Shown piece by piece: positions 1 through 8,728 of a stretch of 64,000 nucleotides of DNA. The notes below the pieces were generated by a model, which made no database searches, was not told the DNA's origin, and was given only the letters and a program-made list of their open reading frames with translations. The translations under genes were made by a program, and so were the position numbers. Every line of letters begins with the position of its first letter. The first letter of the stretch is position 1. The stretch covers positions 1,619 through 65,618 of the forward strand of contig SVRI01000001.1 of NCBI GenBank assembly GCA_015064895.1. Direction: 5' to 3'. The DNA comes from Oscillospiraceae bacterium (GTDB lineage Bacteria > Bacillota > Clostridia > Oscillospirales > CAG-382).

Positions 1-2064
1 ACCTTCGCCGTATTCGTTCCATGTACTGAAATACATGAGATTCGGACACTTTTCCTGATTCTTGCTTATTTCAACACCATACTTTACACTTTGTGCATAC
101 TGTTCGGGTGTTGAAAGCGGACTTCTTGTGTCTTCCCAGCCGATGATATTCCAGCCTGTACCGACTGTGGGAACAACAAACATATCTGAGTCGATTCTCT
201 TGAATGTGTCAACATATTTCTGCACAGCATTGTTGATAAACTGAGGTTCAAAAGAAGATTTTCCGAGGGTGTAGTTGCAAAGACCGTCAAAGCCCATGTC
301 CTCAAGGTGCTTTGCGTCGTCATCGTGGTAAGCCCTGCTGCAGTTTACGAGGATGATGAGGTCATCATATCCGAGCTTTTTGATTTCTTTTCTCATAAAT
401 GTAAGAACTTCTTTTGCGTTGTCAACGCCGCCGAAGGTCTTGATGAATAAATCGTCTCTGTAAATGTGAAATACAGCCTTGTTATCAATGCGGTAGTATC
501 TCGGGTCTCTGAAGCACCATTCTACCCAGTAGTCCCAGATAAAGCCCTTGAAATCTTCGAGTGTCCAGTTTGCATTTCCTGCACCTGCGTTTTCCCACAT
601 AATGCAGAAGGGAAGCATATGGGAATACTTTGCATAGAAGTAGCCCTCATACTGATGCCAGAAAGCACGGGGAGTCTTAATTTTGATGTTGGGATTATAT
701 TGGGGAGGATACCAGCAGTACTGGAATGCGGAGATTCCCTGTTCAAGCATATACTTTGTTTCCCAGTCACAAACCTCGGTGTTGCCTTCGTCATAGTAGC
801 CGAGCATGGGTGTTGTTTCGTCAAATGGTGCAACATAGTCGTAACCGTGGTGAGTTCCTTCGTGCCAGAGGGAACAAACAGACATGATAACATTCATGTT
901 ATCCTTTGTCTTTTTGGGAACAATAGGCTCGGGACAGTAGTCGGGATAGTCAAAAATGTTGTAAACCCTTATGTCATCTATGAGAACATATCCGTTTTCA
1001 CTGTTCTTTTTAAATTCAAAGGACACATTGTCAACACTTTTTGCATTAAGTTTTACAAATCCCTTTGTCTTGCCGCAGATATAAACCTCTGCCTCACCCT
1101 TATCCATATCGGCAACGAGTCTTACACTCTGCCATACGTGGCGGATGAATTCGTGGCTTATGTCCCCTGCGAAAATCCTACCGTCCTTTGCGGTAACGGT
1201 GAAAGCGTTTCCAAAATGGATTTTGTATTCATCACCCATTTCGGGAAGGAAAAAGAAACTTTCAAATACGATTTTGCCCGAAAGCTCTTTGTGACACTTC
1301 TTGGCAACACCGTTTCTTACCAGCTTCAATGTGCCCGATTCATATGCGTCGTTGTATTCTCTTATCATTTCTGCAGCATCGCATGCTTCCCAGTCTGCGG
1401 GATATGCAGGTGCGTAGAAGTTTTCGTCAACGGCATAGTTCCTTCTGATGTACATTCTTCTCATCTGCATCTGAAGGTCGGGGCAGTTTTCGGATGTGGA
1501 TACCGTTATTCTGCCGAAATTCTTGTAGTCCTCCGAAAGCCTGAAGTCGCAGGCATATACACCCTCGATATAGAGCTTTGCACAGAGCGTGTCAAGGTCA
1601 AAGTCTGCACGGAAATGTGTATAACCGTCGTGTACTGCAATGTTTGTTTTTGTCACACCGTCTGCCGAAACATGGAAAAAGCCGTCTTTTGAGAAAACCT
1701 CAAAAACATTTTCTTCATCGGTGTTGGAAAGATAAAACCTCATGCCGTTGTCGGCATTTTTCAGGTCGATTACCGTCTGAAGACATATTCTGCCGTCGTT
1801 CTGCGGCTCGAATTTTCTGCTTACGGCGATATATCCGTCTGTTTTGGAGTTGTCGAGCCTCGGGTCAAAAGTCTGTTTTGTAGAAACTTCCTTTGCGTGT
1901 CTGTCCTCTCTTGTCCATGTGGAAATTTCACCCTTGTTGAAATAGCCGAAGAAAAACTGGTCAACTATCGGGTATGCCTCGTCCTTGTGGATGGGTGTGC
2001 CAAGGGATTCCTGCTTATATTGAGGATAGAGATTTTCTATATATTTCTGTACTATATCCCGCAT
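1..2064 (-). CDS. putative glycoside-hydrolase-like protein (lectin/beta-sandwich-like N-terminal half, WbsX/GH99-like C-terminal half); 3' end lies beyond the window
   Basis: The minus-strand frame is open from ATG 2064-2062 (GGAGGC at 2071-2077) to position 1. It is absent from the ORF track because no stop codon falls inside the window. The 408-aa Cys/Val-rich plus-strand ORF 466-1692 is its antisense shadow. The translation starts MRDIVQKYIENLYPQ and ends ...YFSTWNEYGEG, a WbsX-type motif. The function call is weak. Confidence 0.6.
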   Translation of the reverse strand, partial: MRDIVQKYIENLYPQYKQESLGTPIHKDEAYPIVDQFFFGYFNKGEISTWTREDRHAKEVSTKQTFDPRLDNSKTDGYIAVSRKFEPQNDGRICLQTVIDLKNADNGMRFYLSNTDEENVFEVFSKDGFFHVSADGVTKTNIAVHDGYTHFRADFDLDTLCAKLYIEGVYACDFRLSEDYKNFGRITVSTSENCPDLQMQMRRMYIRRNYAVDENFYAPAYPADWEACDAAEMIREYNDAYESGTLKLVRNGVAKKCHKELSGKIVFESFFFLPEMGDEYKIHFGNAFTVTAKDGRIFAGDISHEFIRHVWQSVRLVADMDKGEAEVYICGKTKGFVKLNAKSVDNVSFEFKKNSENGYVLIDDIRVYNIFDYPDYCPEPIVPKKTKDNMNVIMSVCSLWHEGTHHGYDYVAPFDETTPMLGYYDEGNTEVCDWETKYMLEQGISAFQYCWYPPQYNPNIKIKTPRAFWHQYEGYFYAKYSHMLPFCIMWENAGAGNANWTLEDFKGFIWDYWVEWCFRDPRYYRIDNKAVFHIYRDDLFIKTFGGVDNAKEVLTFMRKEIKKLGYDDLIILVNCSRAYHDDDAKHLEDMGFDGLCNYTLGKSSFEPQFINNAVQKYVDTFKRIDSDMFVVPTVGTGWNIIGWEDTRSPLSTPEQYAQSVKYGVEISKNQEKCPNLMYFSTWNEYGEG

Positions 2065-2247
2065 ATTTGTGCCTCCTACGTACATTACTTGTACTTGTAC
2101 AAGTAAAAATTAGCATAATAAAGCGAGTTTGTCAATGTTTTTTGGATTTTTTTGTTCAAAAACGCATGTTACGGACCTTCATTCGATTGACTTTTACAAA
2201 AAAGTGTGTTATAATAATTCTAACTATAAAATAGGGAGGAATTGTCG

Positions 2248-2742
2248 ATGATAACGCTTGGAATTGACCCGGGACTTGCTACTGTCGGTTTCGGTGTGGT
2301 TGAAAGCAGAATCGGCAATGACTTTCGGGCGCTTGAATACGGAGCAGTGCTTACAGAGGCAGGTAAAAAGGTAGAGGACAGACTTGTGGAAATCTACGAT
2401 AACGTGGATGAGCTTTGCAAGACATTCCGCCCCAATGCCGCCGCAGTTGAAAGACTTTACTTTAACACCAACGAAAAGACGGCGATAAACGTTGCACAGG
2501 CAAGGGGTGTAATCCTCCTTGCACTCAACAAAAACAACGTGCCCATATACGAATATACGCCGCTTCAGATAAAGCAGGCACTGACAGGCTACGGCAGAGC
2601 CGAAAAGAAGCAGATTATGTACATGGTAAAGACGCTTCTGAGACTTGACTCTGAACCCAAGCCCGATGATACGGCAGATGCACTTGCCGCAGCAATTTGT
2701 CACATTTACAGCTCTTCATCGATGCTGTTTGGAATGAAATAA
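2248..2742 (+). CDS. ruvC: crossover junction endodeoxyribonuclease RuvC
   Basis: The translation MITLGIDPGLATVGFGVVE...ERLYFNTNEKTA...DDTADALAAAICH is typical of RuvC. GGGAGG at 2233-2238 favours ATG 2248 over the TTG at 2242 used by the track. Confidence 0.93.
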   Translation: MITLGIDPGLATVGFGVVESRIGNDFRALEYGAVLTEAGKKVEDRLVEIYDNVDELCKTFRPNAAAVERLYFNTNEKTAINVAQARGVILLALNKNNVPIYEYTPLQIKQALTGYGRAEKKQIMYMVKTLLRLDSEPKPDDTADALAAAICHIYSSSSMLFGMK

Positions 2743-2762
2743 AAAAGAAAGGAGAAAAAGCA

Positions 2763-3092
2763 ATGAAACTTATTATGGCTATTGTAAACAACGATGACGG
2801 TCCCATGATTACAGCCCAGCTCAACAAAAAGGGTGTATATACAACCAAAATCGCATCTACAGGCGGATTCTTGTCAGCAGGCAACATGACCTTTATTTCG
2901 GGTGTTGAGGATGAAATGGTTGACGAAGTAATAGAGGTAATAAAGGCATACAGCAGAAAGAGAACACAGCCTGTGCCTCATATTGATTCTTCGGCAGGAC
3001 ATGTTGGTGCAACACCGATTGCACCGGCAGAAGTACTTGTCGGCGGCGGAACAATATTTGTTCTTAACGTTGACAGCTTTACAAGAGTATGA
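2763..3092 (+). CDS. darA: PII-like cyclic-di-AMP receptor (YaaQ/DarA family, DUF970)
   Basis: The translation MKLIMAIVNNDDGPMITAQLNKKGVYTTKIASTGGFLSAGNMTFISGVED aligns by eye with B. subtilis DarA. AAAGGAG lies upstream of ATG 2763. The gene sits directly before holB, as in Bacillus. Confidence 0.85.
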   Translation: MKLIMAIVNNDDGPMITAQLNKKGVYTTKIASTGGFLSAGNMTFISGVEDEMVDEVIEVIKAYSRKRTQPVPHIDSSAGHVGATPIAPAEVLVGGGTIFVLNVDSFTRV

Positions 3093-4012
3093 TAACGGAT
3101 AAGTTACCTCAGGGTTTCTTGAAAAACCCGAAGCTTCATGCGTATCTTTTTGTATCCGGCGACCTGTCGGACAGACAAAATACTGCAAGAAGCATTGCAA
3201 AGGCAATGCTTTGCAGAAATCCCAAAGGCGACTCACAGCCCTGCGGACAGTGTGATTGCTGTATAAAAATCAAAGCATCCACACATCCCGACTGTATTTT
3301 TGTGTCGGGCGATGAAAAGACAAGTGTAGACGATGTCAGAAAGATAGAAGAGGAGGCATATCTTGCACCCAACGAGGCGGACTCCAAGGTCTTTATACTT
3401 GAAGACGCCGACGAATATAATGTGCAGAGTCAGAATGCCCTTCTCAAGATTATAGAAGAGCCGCCAAAGGGCGTAAGGTTTATACTTACCGCATCTTCTG
3501 CGGGTGCTCTTCTTCCGACTGTACGCTCGAGAGTATGTACACTTTCGGGTTCTGTCAGAACCTTTGATGACATACTTGACGGAATAAAAAAGCAGTATCA
3601 CGACATTTCGGATGAACAGGCGTGCGAAGTATCATATTTCGTTCTCGGATATGATAAAGCCGACGCACAGACCATTGATGCTTCTCAGATTTCAGACTAT
3701 GTAAACAGAGCGTACATGTTTTTGTCGGGCAAGGATTCAGACGTAATGCTGAATTTACCCAAGAAAAGAGAAGAACTTATGCTTTGCATGCAGGTTTTTA
3801 TGCTTGCAGCACGTCAGATTGCACTTGTAAAAACCGCGGGTAATGCAACAGACGGCATACTTTCCCGTGTAAAGCTTTTGGAATGTAATACAAAAACATC
3901 AATGAAAAGGGCACATTATCTTTACGATGTTTTTGAAGAGGCATATCTTCTTGCAGAAGGTTATGCAAACGTAAACGCAGTTCTGAGCTATCTTTTGGAG
4001 AATGCAAAATAG
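3089..4012 (+). CDS. holB: DNA polymerase III subunit delta'
   Basis: The translation carries the zinc module CGQCDCCIKIKASTHPD, then ILEDADEYNVQSQNALLKIIEEPP. The ATGA start overlaps the darA stop. Confidence 0.9.
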   Translation: MITDKLPQGFLKNPKLHAYLFVSGDLSDRQNTARSIAKAMLCRNPKGDSQPCGQCDCCIKIKASTHPDCIFVSGDEKTSVDDVRKIEEEAYLAPNEADSKVFILEDADEYNVQSQNALLKIIEEPPKGVRFILTASSAGALLPTVRSRVCTLSGSVRTFDDILDGIKKQYHDISDEQACEVSYFVLGYDKADAQTIDASQISDYVNRAYMFLSGKDSDVMLNLPKKREELMLCMQVFMLAARQIALVKTAGNATDGILSRVKLLECNTKTSMKRAHYLYDVFEEAYLLAEGYANVNAVLSYLLENAK

Positions 4013-4053
4013 CCTTATATGAATGCGTAAACAGTGAAAGGATATATTTTTAT

Positions 4054-5652
4054 ATGAATAATAACGGCGGAAACAAGAGTAAGGAAAGCGATATTATAAC
4101 AAAAAAAGGCTTTCTTATTTCTCTTCCCGGAAAAAAGAAGGATGCTGCCGAAGGCAAAAGCTCCATAAACCTTGCAAAGCCCGATAATGAGGCTGTAAAG
4201 GACAACAACAAAAAGGATTTCAACAAGAACAATAAAAAGAAGCATGGCGGAAAAAACAACAGAAATCCTGATGACAGACGTGATAACAAGCATCAGAACG
4301 ATAATAAAAATGAAAACCGTCATGACCACAAAAACGACAACCGCCATAATGACGGCAAAAAGAATGATAAGGGTATAAATAATCACGACAAGCAGGTTCA
4401 GAAGAATGACCCCCCCCATAATAACGAGCAGAACCGTGACAGAAATGACAGACGCGACAGAAGCAGAAGAAACGATAAAAGGAACAGACACGGCAGAGGC
4501 GACAACAGAAACGAAAACCGAAGCGTAAATCAGCAGGAGAGAAACTTTGATAAAAACAAGGAAAAACTTCAACCCCTGTCAGAGCTTTCTTCGGATATAA
4601 CGGGGGAAATAAAAAAGCATGCCGAGAATAAACCCAAGGAGGTTTATACACCCGAGCTTTCGCTTGAAGAAAAGTATAAGAATGCAAAGCCCCTTGCCGA
4701 GCAGATTGCCGAGCAGGAAATGCGTCAGAAGGGTATAAAAATCCCTTATGATACTCAGAAGGCTCCGGAAGAATCCGAAAAGCAGGAAATCGTAGGTGTA
4801 CGCTTCAGAGAAGCAGGCAAGATTTACTACTTTGACCCCGCGGGAGTCAAGGTGCCTTTCGGTGCACCGGTTATTGTTGAAACGGCACGCGGCAGTGAAT
4901 ACGGCTTTACGGCAATTTCGAACAGAATGATTCCCGTTGAAAGTCTGACAGCCCCCTTAAAGAAGATTGAAAGACTTGCAACGGCAATGGATACCCAGAA
5001 GCACGAGGCAAACAAGGCTCTCGAAAAGGATGCGGAAAAGGTGTTCATAGAAAAGGTTGAAAAGCTGGGCCTTGCAATGAACCTTATATACGTTGAATAC
5101 ACCTTTGACAACTCGAGACTTCTGTTCTACTTTACGGCAGAAACAAGAATTGACTTCAGAGAGCTTGTTAAAGAGCTTGCGAGTGTGTTCAGAACAAGAA
5201 TTGAGCTTCGACAGATAGGTGTAAGAGACGAAGCAAAGATGCTCGGGGGCTTGGGTGTGTGCGGCAGAGCGACCTGTTGTAACACATTCCTCGGCGATTT
5301 TGCGCAGGTTTCCATTAAGATGGCTAAGGACCAGAGTCTTTCACTGAATGCGGCAAAGATTTCGGGTACCTGCGGAAAGCTTATGTGTTGTCTGAGATAT
5401 GAAGACAAGGTTTACGAAGAAGAAAATGCAAGAACACCTAAGGTGGGAAGCATTGTTGAAACATCCGAAGGCAAGGGCGTTGTTGTTGAAAGAAACGCAC
5501 TCAAGGGCATAGTGAACGTTCTTCTTGACCTTACTCCCGAAGCACCTGCCAAGCCTTTCCCGAGAGAAGAGGTTATGGTTGTCGGCTTCAACAAGGACAA
5601 AGGCGACGATGACCTAGACTCTGAAGAACTCAAGCATCTTCAGGATTCCTAA
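4054..5652 (+). CDS. ricT: PSP1-domain regulatory iron-sulfur protein RicT (YaaT) with a long low-complexity N-terminal extension
   Basis: The C-terminal part VGVRFREAGKIYYFDP...FYFTAETRIDFRELVKELA...GVCGRATCCNTFL...GTCGKLMCCLRYE is a PSP1/RicT signature. GAAAGGA lies upstream of ATG 4054. The position after holB is conserved. Confidence 0.85.
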   Translation: MNNNGGNKSKESDIITKKGFLISLPGKKKDAAEGKSSINLAKPDNEAVKDNNKKDFNKNNKKKHGGKNNRNPDDRRDNKHQNDNKNENRHDHKNDNRHNDGKKNDKGINNHDKQVQKNDPPHNNEQNRDRNDRRDRSRRNDKRNRHGRGDNRNENRSVNQQERNFDKNKEKLQPLSELSSDITGEIKKHAENKPKEVYTPELSLEEKYKNAKPLAEQIAEQEMRQKGIKIPYDTQKAPEESEKQEIVGVRFREAGKIYYFDPAGVKVPFGAPVIVETARGSEYGFTAISNRMIPVESLTAPLKKIERLATAMDTQKHEANKALEKDAEKVFIEKVEKLGLAMNLIYVEYTFDNSRLLFYFTAETRIDFRELVKELASVFRTRIELRQIGVRDEAKMLGGLGVCGRATCCNTFLGDFAQVSIKMAKDQSLSLNAAKISGTCGKLMCCLRYEDKVYEEENARTPKVGSIVETSEGKGVVVERNALKGIVNVLLDLTPEAPAKPFPREEVMVVGFNKDKGDDDLDSEELKHLQDS

Positions 5653-5656
5653 AGTT

Positions 5657-6574
5657 ATGAACGGAATACTCAACATTTATAAAGAAGGCGGAATGACATC
5701 CTTCTCGGTTGTGTCGAGGGTGAGAAAGTTCTGTGGCGAAAAAAGAGTGGGCCACGCAGGAACCCTTGATCCCATGGCAACGGGCGTACTTCCCATATTG
5801 GTGGGAAAAGCGGCTGTTATGCAGGAAAAGCTTTCCGACCACGACAAAAGATATATTGCCGGCGTAAGACTTGGGATTTCAACCGACACGGGTGACGTTA
5901 CGGGAAATGTCCTTGAAACTAAGGACGTATCAGTAACCGATGAAGAGTTTTGCAATGTACTGAAGAAATTTACAGGCAAAATCAAGCAGGTTCCGCCAAT
6001 GTACTCGGCAATTCAGGTTGACGGTCAGAGACTTTACGACCTTGCACGTAAGGGAATTGAAGTCGAAAGACAGGCACGAGAAATCGAAATCTATGAAAAC
6101 ACCCTTGTCGAGAGGGTAAATGACAAGGATTTTGTGATTGATGTTTCTTGTTCAAAAGGGACATACATCCGAACACTTTGCGAGGATATCGGAAAGGAAC
6201 TCGGTGTGCCTGCGACAATGTACTCACTTGAAAGGGTACAGTGCGGTGACTACTCAAAGGAAACAAGCATAAAAATCGGCGAGCTTGAAGCGTTGTTTCA
6301 GGCAGGAAAACAAAACGAGATAGAAAAGCTCTTACAGCCTGTCGAGCCTCTGTTTAGGCATTTACCGAAAGTTAAGCTTCCCGAATTTTATACAAAGCTG
6401 TGTTTGTCGGGCTGTGAGATTTATCTGAAAAAGCTAAGGCTTGACGAGGGTTTCTTCAGGGAATCAGGCGGCGAATGCAGAGTTTACACCTTTGATAACA
6501 AGTTTATAGGTAATGCTTTTGTAAAGGATTACCCCGACGGCAAGGCTATCAAGGTGAAGTACAGGTTTCTGTAA
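5657..6574 (+). CDS. truB: tRNA pseudouridine(55) synthase TruB
   Basis: The translation contains MNGILNIYKEGGMTSFSVV...GHAGTLDPMATGVLPILVGKA, including the catalytic Asp motif. Confidence 0.93.
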   Translation: MNGILNIYKEGGMTSFSVVSRVRKFCGEKRVGHAGTLDPMATGVLPILVGKAAVMQEKLSDHDKRYIAGVRLGISTDTGDVTGNVLETKDVSVTDEEFCNVLKKFTGKIKQVPPMYSAIQVDGQRLYDLARKGIEVERQAREIEIYENTLVERVNDKDFVIDVSCSKGTYIRTLCEDIGKELGVPATMYSLERVQCGDYSKETSIKIGELEALFQAGKQNEIEKLLQPVEPLFRHLPKVKLPEFYTKLCLSGCEIYLKKLRLDEGFFRESGGECRVYTFDNKFIGNAFVKDYPDGKAIKVKYRFL

Positions 6575-6650
6575 AAGAAGCCCTCAATCGAGATAATAAA
6601 AAAATAATATACAACTTTCTTGGGAAGGTGACAGATTAAAAAGGTCTTTG

Positions 6651-6692
6651 GTTACTTTCTCCTTAAGAAAGTAACGAAAGGAAAAAAGAAAA
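6651..6692 (+). repeat. degenerate H-S module of the intergenic repeat family, immediately upstream of glyA
   Basis: The hairpin GTTACTTTC-N7-GAAAGTAAC is followed by GAAAGGAAAAAAGAAAA. This resembles the H hairpin plus the A-rich S tract seen at the other loci. Confidence 0.35.
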
Positions 6693-7934
6693 ATGGTTAA
6701 GGAAAATCTTGAATTTTTAAGACAGTTTGACCCGGAAGTTGCAGACGCTATCGGTCTTGAGCTTTCCCGTCAGAGAAGAAACATCGAGCTTATTGCCAGC
6801 GAAAACATCGTTTCCGAAGCGGTAATGAGTGCTATGGGAAGCGTACTTACAAACAAATACGCTGAAGGTTATCCCGGAAAGAGATACTACGGCGGTTGCG
6901 AATGCGTAGACGTTGCAGAAGAAATCGCAAGAAAGAGAGCTTGCGAACTCTTCGGTGCAGACCACGCAAACGTACAGCCCCACTCGGGTGCGAGCGCTAA
7001 CTTTGCAGTATTTACAGCATTCTTAAAGCCCGGCGACACGGTAATGGGCATGAACCTTGCCCACGGCGGTCACCTTTCCCACGGCAGCCCCGTAAACGTC
7101 TCGGGTATGTACTTCAACGTTGTTCCCTACGGCGTTAACGACGACGGATTTATTGACTACGACGAAATGGAAAGAATTGCTCTTGAATGTCAGCCTAAAA
7201 TGATTATCGCAGGTGCTTCAGCGTACCCCAGAGTTATCGACTTTGAAAGATGTTCTGAAATTGCAAAGAAGGTCGGTGCTATCTTCATGGTAGACATGGC
7301 TCACATAGCAGGTCTTGTTGCAGCAGGTCTTCATCCCAATCCCGTACCCTTTGCAGATGTTGTTACAACTACAACTCACAAGACTTTAAGAGGCCCCCGC
7401 GGCGGTCTTATTCTCTGCAAGGAAGAACATGCAAAGGCAATTGACAAGGCAATATTCCCCGGCACACAGGGCGGCCCTCTCATGCACGTTATCGCATCCA
7501 AGGCTGTTTGCTTCGGCGAAGCATTAAAGCCTGAATTCAAGGCATATCAGAAGCAGCTTGTTTCCAATATGAAAGTGTTTGCGGAATGTCTTCTTGAAGA
7601 AGGTTTCAAACTTGTTTCGGGCGGCACAGACAACCATCTCGGTCTTGTTGACCTCAGACCCTTTGGCATTACAGGTAAGGAATTTGAAAAGAGACTTGAC
7701 TCTGTATATATCACAGTCAACAAGAACGCAATCCCCAACGACCCCGAAAAGCCTTTTGTTACAAGCGGCGTAAGAGTTGGTACTGCGGCAGCTACATCCA
7801 GAGGTTTTGTTGAAGATGACTTCAGAGTTATCGCAAAGCTCTTCAAGCTCACAGCTACCGAATACGAAGAAAAGGCAGACTACATAAGAGAAGAAGTTGC
7901 AAAGCTCTGCGACAAGTATCCCCTTTACGAATAA
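6693..7934 (+). CDS. glyA: serine hydroxymethyltransferase
   Basis: The translation contains ...[39 protein letters not shown]...[14 protein letters not shown], a canonical SHMT sequence. Confidence 0.97.
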   Translation: MVKENLEFLRQFDPEVADAIGLELSRQRRNIELIASENIVSEAVMSAMGSVLTNKYAEGYPGKRYYGGCECVDVAEEIARKRACELFGADHANVQPHSGASANFAVFTAFLKPGDTVMGMNLAHGGHLSHGSPVNVSGMYFNVVPYGVNDDGFIDYDEMERIALECQPKMIIAGASAYPRVIDFERCSEIAKKVGAIFMVDMAHIAGLVAAGLHPNPVPFADVVTTTTHKTLRGPRGGLILCKEEHAKAIDKAIFPGTQGGPLMHVIASKAVCFGEALKPEFKAYQKQLVSNMKVFAECLLEEGFKLVSGGTDNHLGLVDLRPFGITGKEFEKRLDSVYITVNKNAIPNDPEKPFVTSGVRVGTAAATSRGFVEDDFRVIAKLFKLTATEYEEKADYIREEVAKLCDKYPLYE

Positions 7935-8209
7935 CTTACTTTTTTCTTTACTGAAAAGAAAAAAGTAAGCAAAAAAGAAAAGGTTTCGCACCATTCTTTT
8001 AAGTGTGCAAAACACATTGAATTTGCTCGATTTTCCATCCCTTGCACCAAACACCGGCGCAAGGGATTTCTTTTTTGTTTTACGACAAAAAGAGAAAGCA
8101 AGCAAAAAAGAGAAGGTTTCAGCACCATTTATTTAAAGGTGCGAAACGAACCTAATATTCTCGGTTATAACTATTCCCCTATGTCCGGTCTCGACATCGG
8201 GGAATTTTT
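7935..8209 (+). repeat. mosaic intergenic repeat, locus A (modules H-S-T1-H'-S-T1a-T2)
   Basis: The element starts at the first base after the glyA stop. H is CTTACTTTTTTCTTT/AAAGAAAAAAGTAAG (7935-7969), T1 is the hairpin at 8038-8066, and T2 is the hairpin at 8174-8204. The same modules recur at 15.5, 18.2, 21.8, 27.2 and 33.1 kb. Confidence 0.8.
8038..8076 (+). terminator. rho-independent terminator candidate for glyA (T1 module)
   Basis: The imperfect stem TCCCTTGCACC-AAACAC-CGGCGCAAGGGA is followed by TTTCTTTTTT. Confidence 0.6.
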
Positions 8210-8276
8210 CAGTATACTTTTGTTTTGCAAAACCGAAAGAGGCGGTTTATCCGTTATGTCCGTGTGAAATTGCCGC

Positions 8277-8561
8277 CTACAGCATTAGAAAGATTCCTGT
8301 CGTTACAACCACACCGATTAAGGCACCGAAAAAGAACAAAACAAAGCCAGATTTCTTCTTTTTTGTAACATTCATTGAAAGCTGGGAAAATCTTTCGCCG
8401 TAAAGACTTTTATCAAGTATACGGTTCGCATGCTTTATAATTTCACTTTCTGCAACCCCCGATTTTGACGCCTCGGGCTTTAGTATAAAAAATGCTTCCT
8501 CAATCATTTCATTTCCCGTATCTTTCATGACTATAACCCTTTTATTGCAACCTTTTATCAA
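8277..8561 (-). CDS. small hypothetical protein with a C-terminal transmembrane anchor
   Basis: The ORF ends in the hydrophobic tail GFVLFFFGALIGVVVTTGIFLML. GGAGGTG lies 7 nt upstream of TTG 8561, so the start is uncertain; the track uses ATG 8645. I recognise no family. Confidence 0.5.
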   Translation of the reverse strand: MIKGCNKRVIVMKDTGNEMIEEAFFILKPEASKSGVAESEIIKHANRILDKSLYGERFSQLSMNVTKKKKSGFVLFFFGALIGVVVTTGIFLML

Positions 8562-8666
8562 ATCCGCACCTCCGAAATACATATATTTCCAAAAACATTT
8601 TTCTCTTGTTATTATTAAAATATTCATCCGATTAAGAAAAAACATTCCATAATATGAAAAAACACA

Positions 8667-8695
8667 TTGACAGACATTTTTTTTTGATATAAAAT
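8667..8695 (+). promoter_or_regulatory. sigma-A type promoter candidate for galE
   Basis: TTGACA (8667-8672), a 17-nt spacer, then TAAAAT (8690-8695). Confidence 0.5.
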
Positions 8696-8728
8696 ATATA
8701 ATGAATTGATATGTGAAGGAGTATGCAT

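Noticed and set aside
466-1692. 408-aa plus-strand ORF, the longest in the track for this region
   Set aside because: Its composition is dominated by Cys, Val and Phe, with no SD. It lies exactly antisense to a well-behaved minus-strand frame that has an SD-preceded ATG at 2064 and recognisable hydrolase-like motifs. It is a shadow ORF.
4015-4572. 185-aa extremely hydrophobic minus-strand ORF (and 4220-4687)
   Set aside because: It is the antisense reading of the A-rich low-complexity 5' part of ricT. The poly-V/I/F peptide arises from the T-rich complement. There is no SD and it overlaps a supported gene.
7935-7969. H hairpin as an integron attC site or as a simple rho-independent terminator
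   Set aside because: There are no GTTRRRY/RYYYAAC core sites, and the flanking genes are core genes rather than cassettes. The stem is A/U-only and is followed by an A-tract, not a U-tract, so it is not an intrinsic terminator in either direction. Terminator function fits modules T1 and T2 instead.
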